A stretch of 56,249 nucleotides of DNA from Basidiobolus meristosporus CBS 931.73 (Eukaryota; Fungi; Basidiobolomycota): NCBI GenBank assembly GCA_002104905.1, contig MCFE01000581.1, forward strand, positions 1-56,249, written 5' to 3'. Shown here piece by piece: positions 36,390 through 48,414 of this stretch. The position numbers and the translations under genes are program-made. Below the pieces are notes generated by a model. That model saw only the letters and a list, made by a program, of their open reading frames with translations, did not search any database and was not told where the DNA came from. Numbering within the stretch: position 1 is the stretch's first letter; every line of letters starts with the position of its first letter.

Positions 36390-36810
36390 ATATGATTATA
36401 GGAGTTTCCCCAGAAAGCAGGTTGCAGTTTAAAGCTTGTACCTGGCAGATGTGGCTTAACAGTAGTACTACATCAAGACTAGGACAGCATCCATTATTGG
36501 CTGACCTAGTTTCTTCACCTGGCAATGAGTTTGTACTTGACAATCTCAATGCATTTGCACCTCCACATAAGCAGACACTACTACATAGTAAGCTGTACAC
36601 TCAGACAGAGAGGAATGGTACATGGATACATATATAAGTGTAGACATCTACTTGATAGAACAGACACCCTTGATTTAGTTGAAAACTTTTTTGATAGGTT
36701 AAAACAAAGAACTTGCAAGTAAGTGAATTATATAAAAGCCCAGACTATTGAAGAAGTCATGAAGATAGCCTTTGACTATGGCTTGGCTGTATATGGAGTT
36801 GCAAAGCCTC
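36390..36810 (+). pseudogene. gag: Gypsy family D gag fragment in inverted orientation
   Basis: FAPPHKQTLL.SKL..L.Q.G.V..YI...R.LL corresponds to FEPPHQQILLRRKLKTLRRKGMVQEYISEYRCLL at 39581-39823 (minus strand). Confidence 0.7.
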
Positions 36811-39800
36811 CAGTGACTACTCAGGCTTTGAGATACTTTGGCCTGTGCCTCTTTACATCTGTTCCAGCTGCTGGTGTCTGCATGGCTGACTGAGCTCATC
36901 TTCTAAGGTGTCTGTACACCTTGGTTGTGTGAGATCTCCTAGCATCCTTGGTTCACATTCATACAATCAGCAAGATGACAATTGTTAGGTGGTGTTGTGT
37001 ACTCTAACTTGGCATACAAAAAGTGCTTGGTATAAATATTCATCCCCTCTACTGACACCTCCATTTGTATACTTGGCCAGCAATATTCCAAATAATCCAT
37101 TAAACCACTCAGTGACTACATTGGTTTGAGGGTGATATGCCAACATTTTCTAGTGTCTGATGTGTTGCATTTCCAGGTAAGTTTCACCTGTCTGTACCAT
37201 AAAGTTTGCTCCACTACTGGATAGAATCTCTGCAGGGCATCCAAACTTCATAAGGATCTCAATGTAGACAAAACTTGCAACTTCTTGTGCACTGGCTACT
37301 GGTACTGCTTTAGCCGCTGTCCATTCAGTGACATGGTCAATTGCTACCAAGATCCAACAGTTGAATTTCCTGGTAGTTGGCAGTCTACCAAAAGAGTCAA
37401 TTCCCCATCTTTCAAATGGTCATACAGGCTCCAATTCTCTGTGGTTAGCCTTTGTTGATTTGGCAATTTGGGCATGTTTCCACTAGCTTCTCAATGTCTA
37501 GTTTGATTCTGGGCTGCCATACTCTGGCTTTCACAAGGCTGTAAGTTCCTTCAATTCCAAGATGTCCATATTGAGTGTGTAGCTTATGTACTAAATACTG
37601 GTAAGCAACACATGAGCAATAGGCAATAAGGCTTCCATCAACAACTTGGTATAGTGTCTTATCCTGTACTACAAATTTGCTGGCTCCATCCTGAATTACC
37701 TTCTTGATCTCTTCATCCACCTCATTAGGAATGGCTTGGTCCTCCAAGTACTTTGGTAAAAGGATAGGCCAATGTGATTCATTCACCAAGTTGAGTTGTG
37801 CAACTTGTTTTAGTCCAGATAAGGTATCAGCAGCCGTGTTGTTTTTCCTAGGGCAGTAGACAATCTCCAAATCAAGTTGTTGAATGCAATCACTCCATTT
37901 TGTCATTCTTTTAGAGAGTACCTTTTGAGTGAATATAGACTTGAAAAAGGCATGATTAGTCTTCACAGTGCATTTGACTCCTTCAATATAGCATCTCCAT
38001 GTCATCAAGTAGTGTATAATAGCAAGCATCTCCTTCTCACACACCAGATAGTATTGTTCTGCTGAGCTCAGTTTCTTGGATTCAAAGGCAACCTGGTAGT
38101 CCTTTCCCTTGTGTTCATGGCTCAACACTCCATCACTTTCATAATCTGAAGCATCTGTGCACATAGTGGACTTTTTTCTGAAGTCAGGTAGTCTTAAGCT
38201 TGGCAGCTTAGTAAGTTTGTTCCTGAGCATCTGGAAGGCAGTCTGACAAGCTATGTACCACTTGTAGGTATTGTCTTTCTAGCAGATATCAGATATAGGA
38301 GCTGCAATACCTGCAAAGGACTTGACAAATCTCCAATAATAGGAAACCATTCCAAGGAATGATTGGAGTTCCAATATGTTCTGAGGCTGCTTCAGATTCC
38401 TGATAACTTCAACCTTCTCAGGGTCTAAGGCCACTCCTGTGTTAGTCACTATGTGTCCCAGATATTCAACATGTTCTTTGAAGAATTCACACTTGGGTAG
38501 GTTGCCATATAGACTATTCTTGCTTAGCTTCTTCAAAACCTTTTTAATGTGCACCAAGTGATCCTCTTCTGTCTTGCTCTATATCAATATGTCATCTAGG
38601 TAGATTACTACCAACTTGTCTAAGTACTTTTGGAAGAGAGTCTGTATCAGGGTCATGAATGTTGCAGGGGCATTGGTGAGGCAAAAACTCATGACTAAGT
38701 ACATGTAATATCCATATCTGGTCCTGAATGCTGTATTGGGGATGTCTTCTGGCTTCACTCCAATCTTGTTGTATCCTGACATGAGGTCAATCTTGCTGAA
38801 TATAGTGAATGCATTGAGTTGGTCCAAAAGCTCATCAATCCAAGGTATGGGATACTTATTCTTCACAATAGCATAGTTGGGGGTTCTGTAGTCAATGCAC
38901 ATCCTAAGTGTTATTACAAGAACAAGGCCAAACTTGCAGTTCCCAAATATATAGGCCTGTAGGTCTACTTCATAGTCATTGATCTTCACTCTTACTGGCT
39001 GAGTAATATGGTTGATTATGTGAGAGTTCCCATCAGCTGTTGAGACTGAGGTTGATTTGGTAGGTTCCAAGTTGATCCCAGCCTTCAAAGCAAGTTGCTC
39101 TGGTATGTACTCATGCAAAGCTCCGTAGTCAATCATGATCTTGGCAGGTACTGCATTGATACTCCATTCAAGTATAATAGCTTTTTGGAATTTAAGGTCA
39201 TTTTGGATAGGTATTCTTCTGTCATATGGATGGTGAGTTCTGAGTCTTCTTCAAGTTCATCCTCCATATTACTATGCTCAAGGGCTTCAATATGCTGAAG
39301 GTTCTTGATGGCTGGTGTCCATTTCTTCTCTAAGGGCAGTACTTTGCAATATGTCCCTGCTGGTGGCAACTGAAATAAAGTCCTTTTTTCTTACATTCTT
39401 CTGAGGTAGGATTCTTCTGCATAGCATCTATTTCCATGGGCACTGCTTCTGATTGTCTTCTTTCATAGTGATTGCAGCTTCTCTGGTAAGTCATTTTGGG
39501 CTTTCCAGCTCCAAACATAGCTGAGTTGTGGTCAATGGCAATCATGATGGCTTCTTCAATAGTCTGAGGTCTTTGTTAATTCACTTCCTTAGGAGTTTTT
39601 CTTTCAACCCATTGATAAAGTATTCCACTTGATCCAGAGGGTCCACTCTTTCAACTTGTCCAAGTAGACATCTATATTCAGAGATGTACTCTTGGACCAT
39701 TCCTTTCCGTCTGAGTGTCTTCAACTTTCTTCTTAGTAGTATCTGCTGGTGTGGAGGTTCAAAAGCATACTGAATTTCCAACACAAACTCATTACAGGTA

Positions 39801-40571
39801 GAGATTGTAGAGCATCCCATCATGGTGGCTGACCTGATCTTGTTGTGTTACCACTGTAGAGCTGCATATGCCAGGTAAGAGGCTGCATAATGAAACTTGC
39901 TTGCTGGAGCAATTCCCTTAGCCTTGAAAGCTTCATCAAACAGGAGGAGCCAAGTTCCTAGGTTTTCATTGACTCTACCATGGTACCAGTTGACCTTCAC
40001 ACTAAAGTTGCTCTTGACAGGGTTTTGCTGGCTTTGGGCCATGGTACTCATTCCTTGATGCTGCTGGCTAAGGATCTGGAGTAACTGTTGCTGTTGGGCT
40101 ACAATTTGCTGCATGGCATTCTTCCATTCTGGATATTTGGACATTTTGAGGGAGCCTTCTTCTTTCTTTACAAGGGAGGTTTCTGGTTATTGCTGCTATC
40201 AATGTTGCAAATCTTGATATTAGAGTTGTATAGGAATAGGGAGTTTAGCTAGTATTGTTTTCACTAAAACTTGAACTGGTTTCTATTGAGGCTCCAGTAG
40301 CCCCTTATATACATTTTGCTAAAGCTATTGCTGACTAATTGTATTTCCTAATGTTGGTTGTGGCTGATGACTCATTTGATTGCATCATCATCAACCATTA
40401 AGATCCTACTTGATATATCTATTCCTGTTTGATAAGGATTTGTTGATTTATTTGATAACTAATGCTACTGATTTGATATATAACACTGATGTACTGAAAG
40501 GCTAAACATAAAACTAATTGAATTGACTAAAAACTGATCTAACTTAAAAATTCATGTGGTAGATCATTACA
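36810..40571 (-). mobile_element. gag-pol: Ty3/Gypsy family D (5' LTR, PBS, gag, PR, RT, RH, INT), 3' end missing
   Basis: LTR 40203-40571; PBS TTGATAGCAG; gag with VPMEID and CFSCHQQGHIAKYC; MIDYGA protease; RMCIDYR, FSKIDL.SGY, FCLTNAPATF, YLDD at 38591-38602; TDASDY; HGHLG; WIL.AIDHVTEW. Confidence 0.92.
40203..40571 (-). repeat. 5' LTR, Gypsy family D
   Basis: Reverse complement of the solo LTRs at 21864 and 42061. Confidence 0.92.
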
Positions 40572-43500
40572 CTCTGAACTATAACCAGATTTCTCTGGGC
40601 CATCACATCAATTCTATCAGCCACTGCACCTTATTGCTCTGTTAATGCCTTGGTATTGGCTGATAATGTACCTGCTAATACAGGTGGTGGTGAAGCTATG
40701 ATGGCCACTTGCTGGTTGTCAACTGGAGGTACTGGTTTTGCTACATTCACCTATAGCTGAGCAATTTAGTCAGCTTGTGGCTTTGCACTGATCCTCAGAT
40801 GCCTTCCTTGACCAAGTGCCTGAGGAGTCTACATTATTACCTTCAGTGGGCACACTGCCAACATGATCTTTTTTGAATGTAGCACTGCTTGTTGCACTTA
40901 ATGTCAGAGTAAGCTGTTGTCCAACTGTTCTTCTGCTACTGTCAACAATGGGATTTGGTTGGTAACCAGACAACTTTGCTTAATTTTTTGGTAGCATATA
41001 TAGGAAGGTGAGTCATGCCCAATAGGCAATAGTGCTGTACATACATGTGCATGTGGTGCCACAGCTTTATTAATAATGCTTACTAAGGTGGATCATCATT
41101 GAATATTAATATATATAGGTGTACTGTCTCAACTGTTTGACTTTCTTAAAATCACCTGAATATAGACAAAAAAGTGATATGGTTGCATTTCATTGTGGAG
41201 TGACAAGCATTTGCCCATGGACTATACTTATTTCTATTAAAACTATAAGAGAAGGGAAAAGCAACCATGTAGCTATTGTAACAAGTCTTGCAGCCATGAA
41301 GCATGTTGACAAGATAGGAAGTATTGCAAGGTTCCTTGCCAATGCTTTGCCACACATGTAATGTTTGAGCTTTCATCAGTAGCTATGGTACCAGCAATAT
41401 CCTGTAGGCCACTTGATACTGCTATAACAGCCCCTAGTTGTACTTGTCACCTTTTGCAAACTGAGTCAGGGGAGTTTGTAATGCTTTAGGACTCACCTCA
41501 GCCTTCTAGATATTTTTCCCACTGTGATAGCTCTGAAGAACATGATTCACTAATGAATTGTGAGCCTATCTTCCCTCACAATAGTATCCTGCATGAGCCT
41601 GGCCAAATCACAATATGTAATGAGGTGACACCTGCAGAATAAAATGCCAAGGATACTCCTAGGAGCCAAGTGAGGGCTAGTAATCCATATACTGGTGAAT
41701 GATGCAATGTTGTGGCTAAAGAAGTGGGGACTTCCATCAATATTAGTAATGTGGGCTTTGCGGATTTACTACTACTTCTTTCCAAAATCATTCCAGGATG
41801 CAGCTCACCATGTATAAGGTGCAAATGAAAAACCTTCATGCAGCTGGCAGCACATGGCCCAGCAACTCTCCTGATACCAGCATTTATAAACTGTTGCATG
41901 GCATTCACATTAGAAAATGTCACCATTGTAAGGTGTCCTACTAGTCAAAAGCTGCTATTACAGAAGTAAACCCTCATTTACACTCCAGACATATTCCAGT
42001 AAAACCCTGTCTAAAAAAGTTCATACAGTCCCACAACTTTTGTAGAGATATAAAGTACTGTGTTATGATCTACTGCTTGAATATTTAAGTTAGATCAGTT
42101 TTTATTCAGATCAATTAGTTATATGTTTAGCCTTTCAGTATATCAGTGTAATCTATCAAATCAGTAGCATTAGTCAGCAAATGAATCAGCAGGTCTTTAT
42201 CAGACAGGAAGAGATATATCAAGCAGGATCTTAATGGGTGATGATGATGCAATCAAATGAGTCATCAGCCACAACCAACATTAGGAAATACAATTAGTCA
42301 GCAATTGCTTTAGCAAAATATATATATAAGGGGCTGCTTGAACCTCAATAGAACCAGTTCAAGTTTTAGTGCATATGATACTAGCTAAACTCCCTATTCC
42401 TTTACAACTCTTATTCCAAGACTAGTAACAACTGCACTCAGTATTAATTAAACACAAGCATATGTGATATATTTGATGCCATGTCAAGAACTGCTGTCAA
42501 GTAAGGGTTACTCTGATGTTATGTGTGACAATGCCATAACCTTGGCACCTGATGAATTCTTGCTGAACAAATACTCTACCATCAAATCCTGTTTGCCACT
42601 GGTTCCCATCAACCAGAATATGCTACCACTCTTGTAGTATTGGAGTAAAATCTGATGGTAGTTTCACTGATATCTGGGCCTAAATCATTGTCCAACCTGG
42701 ATAGCTACCTGTATGCTAAAGCAAGAAGGAATCTGTGGGAGCAAAAGCTTTCCACCAGGGCCGATGCATTTGCTCTTCAATAATATCCTTATGCTAATGA
42801 CCAAGTTGTATATCAGGCATTTCAGGCTAAATAGGTCCTTTGAGATACCTGAATATTCTGAGCAATATGGAAAGAAATTGCACAGTATTGGCTACCTAAA
42901 GTATTTCTCATAATGTCTAATTAATTTTATATCCATATGCAGCAATGCAAATATGAAGACTTGATGAGCTTGATATGTATTTATTCAAGTGATCTTCAAA
43001 AGCAATTTCTATCTGGAATACATTGGAAGCATTGTAAGTCATATGCTGACATTGTAGGAATATTTATCCAGAAGCAGATCACCATTGACAACTTGACATA
43101 TCCACAGCCATTCTGCAAGGAGTATATAATGGTATTTGTGACAGAATTTGAGCTGCTATATTTCAAGCATAAAGCCAAATGTGTAGGTCTCTCCAACTAT
43201 TGAATCCATTCTCAACTCCATCTTCCTTTGTGTGTGCAGAATACAGGACCTAGCTTCACCATATCTGAATTTCCTGTGTAGCTGATGTGTGGCAGCATGG
43301 GAAGAGAAGTCAAGTTGCAGGTACTACCATAACCCAATCCCACTAAGAATACAACCTTCAGGTCCATCATGGATGTGATAAGTTGCACATGGAGGATGTC
43401 CAGACAGAGTGGGAAATTACTGTGGACAGATGCGCACATGGAGACACCAATGCATTTGGCATTTAGAAGCTAAGCAGCCCCAATGCATAGGTAATTAATC

Positions 43501-44085
43501 AAGTAATGAAAAGTTTGGTTGGCCGCAAAAAGCTACTAGTTCCTAATGGGGCAACTTTACCAAAGTATGTCAGGTTTCTCCTGGGTACCAGCCAATTTCT
43601 AGACCATTCAATAAGAATTCAAACAAGCAAGAATCAGAGCATACCTATTGGGGGACTAAAATCTAGCAGGGAGAAGGAATATGTTGGCCAAGTACCAAGA
43701 AGTATTTTGTGGGTATTCAGGAGGTGTTTGTAGCAAAAGTGGTGGCAACAAAGCATATTCTTGAGATATGTAAAGCCTACCAGCAATCAAGGTATATGAC
43801 AACTTTGCAAGTATAACACTGAAAAGCCATAAAGTTAGGATGATAGATGTGTATCAGTTGCAGCATGTGTGTGCCTGTGTAGAGGTTAGTAAGCAGGAGA
43901 CCAAATGTCTTACTTGATTCAGACCAAATATGGAGCACCCATGGTAGTAGTGGGTAAGCAAGTAAATTGAAGTGATTCTACAATGAATTATATGAATGGC
44001 ACAAGGGGAGGTAGCAAAAGGAAATACCATTTGGTGCATTGGTACAGTGGCATTAAACATTACTAGCTGTAGGCTACCACACCGC
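40572..44085 (+). mobile_element. CACTA-like copy 4: 5' part of accessory ORF (minus, about 40572-40990), divergent spacer, transposase (plus, about 41400-44085) with deletions
   Basis: Colinear with 50045-52790 and 15600-16310. Confidence 0.85.
42061..42430 (+). mobile_element. Solo LTR, Gypsy family D
   Basis: TGTTATG...GTAACA; perfect 4-bp TSD ACTG; empty site aagtactgcactcag at about 7856 and 51514. Confidence 0.95.
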
Positions 44086-44099
44086 CATTATAATGCTTA

Positions 44100-46330
44100 T
44101 AGCAGATGCTATAGTGAGTGCACCTTTGGAAATTTCAAGATTCCAACTTGAATCTATCTTGCAATTCCAGGCTCTTGGCATTTGTTTGAGACCTTATAGA
44201 GACTTTTACTCTTGCAGACCAATAGGTGGTCATCTTGGTCAACAAACCCATCAGGCTTACCCATGTACATATTTTTATCAAGTTCATCAATTAACAATGT
44301 GGTTTTTACATCCATTTGATGAGTAAAAACTTATATTAAGCTGCAATAGCCAACATTAGCCTGATACAGTCAAACCTGGCTCCCAGCACAAAGGTTTCAG
44401 TATAGTCTGGTCATTTTGATTGAGAATATCCTATGGCTACAAGTCTTGCTTAATACCTTCCAATTGTACCATCAGCCTTGTACTTTGTCTTAATATCCAA
44501 GCTAGATCCAATTGATTTTTAGATTTTTGATATTGTGACTAAGTCCCAGGTTTGATTTTCATCAGGGCCTGAAACTCCTCAGACATTGCAGATCTCAAAA
44601 ACTTTATCTGGGGACTATTAATAGCTTTCTTCACAGTCTGGGGCTCATCAATATGGACTGAATAGGCATAGGCTAAGTTTGCCCCATCATTGATATAAAG
44701 ATTTTGGCTATATCTGGTCCAACTGAATTGCCTGGCTTGTAATACTGGAATGACTCCTTCTGGGAAGTCCCTGGGCATGGATACAGGATTAACCACAGTT
44801 GTATAGTCCTCTGGAGTGAAAGAATATCATTGTTTTGCCCTGATTTACTCCTGACTTTTGGTGGATCTGGGATCAGATTTTTGTAATCAAATGATGTCAT
44901 TATTTATGAAAATCTTGACTTTTATTAAACAGCACATCTCTGGACTTGATCAGCTTCTTTGCCTTGGTAGTGTAGAGTCTGTATTCATACTATGTTGCAA
45001 ATGGAGCAGAATCACAGAGTTCTGCACTATAACTCTTATATTTGAAATATACAGCTGTAGCAACTAATTCCACCCAAAAATCATAGTATATTTTTTAATA
45101 ATGAATCATAGGTCTTACCATATCAATTATTGACCTGTATGCGCATTCTGCTACTCACTTATGCTGTAGGGAGTGTGGTGCTGTAGTCTCTTGCTTTGTC
45201 CCATGAATTTTGCAGAAGTGGATGAGGAGCTTTGAGGTAAATTCTCCACAATTATCTGATTTTATATTCTTGATCTTTCTTATCAGTTTCTCTCTCCACC
45301 ATGACTTTAAACTCCCTGAGCTCCAACAGAGCTTCTTCCATCTATTCCATGAAGTGAATCTATGTGTATCTTGTATAATCATTAATAAAAGTGATTAAAT
45401 ACTACATCCATCCAAAGGCAAATACTCAAATTGATTTATACAAATCTCCTGTGTCAGAGCATTTGTGTTTCTTTATTTAAGTAACTTTATTGGCACCCAG
45501 ATATGATGAAATAAAGTTCTACCTGTATAGACTCTGATATCTGATGCTTAAAGCCCCATCTTGATCAGTGATCCTGTGTCCAGAACTGTCAAAACTGAAA
45601 CTGAGTCCTTCTGCAATGGCCTTGCTTACCAATAGTAGGTTCTTGACTGTTTCTAGTACATGGTGTACTTCTTTTGAAACAAGTGTATGGCCTCCTTCAC
45701 TACTTCTAAGGTTTACATGAAAAGTTCCTTCTCCAACAGCATTGAGTGTTCTATCATCACCCATGAGAGCCTTCTTAATTGGAATTTCTTGCTATTGAAT
45801 AAAAAGCTCATTTTGGTGTGTGAAGTGTTGATATGCTCCACAGTCAATATACCACTTCTGAGAATCCCTGTTTCTGGTCATATTTAGTGCAGATACCAGT
45901 AGAGTATCTTCCGTTGCAGTCACATTCCCATACAGGTTTTTTCTGCTGATTATAACTCTTCTTAAGGCACTAGTCTGATGCATATCCTTTCTATTGGCAG
46001 TAGTTGCAAAACAGGTTGCTGTAGCCTTTAAAGGGTCCTGAGTACCTTGTTTACAGGTTATCATTGCTTATTAACACATTTTCTTTTTCCTTCTTATTGG
46101 CACATGAGTTTCTTCACTCTTCATCCAAGAACTTTCCATATATATAATTTTAGGGTAAATCTTCAGTTCTGGACTCTAGGACTTATACAAGGCCCTGAAG
46201 CACATATGCCTGACTATTCAGGATGGTAAATATTATATCTTCATCAGTAGTTAGTACACCCACAGATTCCATCTCACCAACAACAGGTTAAATCTGTTAA
46301 TTAGATTTAGACTTCATTTCTTTGCCTGGT
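44100..46330 (-). mobile_element. pol: Copia family A internal fragment (gag end, PR, partial INT, RT N-terminus)
   Basis: WYIDCGAYQHF; SDNCGEF; AYSVHIDEPQTVKKA; colinear with 54200-55600. Confidence 0.85.
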
Positions 46331-48067
46331 AACATTTTTGTAGTTAAGAATTTTTGTCCAAGATACACTTTCTTAGCAGCAGAACATGACTAGTAGGTGT
46401 CTTCAAATGCCTTTCATGCATTTTGACATGAGTTGTTGTAGGAAAATTCTGCAAGTGGTAGCAGCTGGGTCCAGTTGTCTTGCTGATATTTGATATAGTA
46501 CTGGAGGTGTTGTTCAAGAATCTGGTTAATTCTCTCCCTCTGACCATCTGACTAATGATGAAAAGTAGTTGAGAGCTTGACTGCACACCAAAATATTGCA
46601 TGAAGTATTTCCAGAATTTTGATATGAACTGGGGTTCTCTATCAGATACAATGTTGCTTGGGATAACATGGAGCCAGAAAATGTTCTTGATTTCTAGGTA
46701 AGTACTCTCCTTGGCATCAATATTCTTGGAGCCAGGAATGAAGTGAGCCATCTTTGTGAGTCTATCTGCCACTACCAGGACTGAATTAAATTGGTTAGAC
46801 TCTGAGGTTGGTTATGAAGTCTATTGAAATTGACTTCCATTGCCAGTCAGGAATTGGCAAGGGTTGAAGAAGTCCATATGGCTGGTGTTAGGTAGATTTT
46901 GCACAATTACATGTGTCACAGGATTGAAGGTATTCCTTGACAAGGGATATCATCTTGGGCCACCAGAAGTCCCTCTTGATTGCATTTATAGTTTTGGCAG
47001 TACCAAAATGTCCTGCAGCCATTGCATCATGGCAAGAGTGGATGATATCTAACTGGGTATCAAGGTGTGGGACAAGCAGTTGGTGCCGGTGATAGATGAT
47101 GTCAATGACTAGATTTAGGTGCTGAAGGTTTGGGAACTTGGGCAGTGGGTGAGTGGGAGACTTGAGGCATTTCTTGATTGTTGCCACTGTGGAGTTGGTG
47201 GCTTGGTTGATCTTGACTTTCTCAAGGACTAGAGGAGCTATAACACTGGAGGACTGAGTTGCAAGGAGCTCAAAATGTCTTTTGTTGAGTATAGGGCTTT
47301 TCATTTGCCAACAGGCATCATCCCTTCTTCAAGGGAATGCTCCATCTTTCTAGACAGGGCATCAGGTTTTCCTTGTTTCACATCAGGTCTATAGGTGATG
47401 ACAAAGTCAAGGCTAGACAGGATGAGGGACCATCTGGCTTATCTCTGGTTCAATACTTTTGAGGTGGTAAAGTACTCAAGGTTTGTGTGGTCACAAAAGA
47501 TCTTTATCTTTTGAGCTGCACCATCAAGGTAGTGTCTCCATTGTTCAAAGGCAACAATGATTGCAAGTAGTTCCTTGTCATAGATATTATAGTTTACTTC
47601 AGCTGGAGTAAATTTTTGGGAATTGAATGCAGTAGGGTCTAGCACAATCTTATCATCATACCTGGAAAGGATGGCACCAAGGGCAAATTCAGAAGCATCA
47701 GTTTCTGTCATGGAAGGTCTCTCAAGGTCAGGGTGGGCAAGCAGGGAGGCATGCAGGCAGCATTTTTTGATAGAATCTAAGGACTCAGACTGTTCCTTAT
47801 TCCAGGCAAAGGGCAGATGTTCTAGGTGAGCTTTGTCAAGGGAGTGGCTATCTTCAAGTAGTTGGCAATGAATCTGTGGTAGAAGTTGGCAAATCTATAG
47901 AAGAATTGAACTTCTTTTACAGAACAGGGAGTTTGCCAGGATTGGATGGCTTCTATTTTGTTGGGGTTCATTCTTGTTCCATTTAAGCTTATAAGATAGC
48001 CTTGGAACTCAACTTCTTTCTGGTCAAACTCACATTTTTCCAGTTTGGCATAGAGGCCAGCTGTGTC
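46330..48067 (-). mobile_element. pol: Gypsy family B internal fragment (RT C-terminus, RNase H, integrase)
   Basis: Reverse-complement homolog of 13200-14780; LYAKLEKCEF, TDASEFALGAILS, HDAMAAGHFG. Cut by the CACTA terminus at 48068. Confidence 0.9.
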
Positions 48068-48414
48068 CCCTATGAAAAATCATTGAGATGATTGCGTCAA
48101 AAGGCCATCACAAATATAAAGTCCTGTGACTAAGAGGTACTGATTTTATGGGGAAACTGTCCAAAGAGTGTTAAAAAATAATTGCACCCCAGACTGCACA
48201 AAAAACTTAGTCAGAATTATTCATTCCAACAATATAAAAGTGGCTTTTGATTGGTTCCCTGCCAATTTGCTCACTTTTTGATCCCAGACACTCTATTGCC
48301 TCCTACGTTTGTCTGAATTGATTGGCTATTGACTCTTTTGCACACTCCTTACTTCCTGATTCTACCATTTTTTTACTTTTCATGCATTCAATTTGATTTA
48401 TTTCTGTTGAAACT

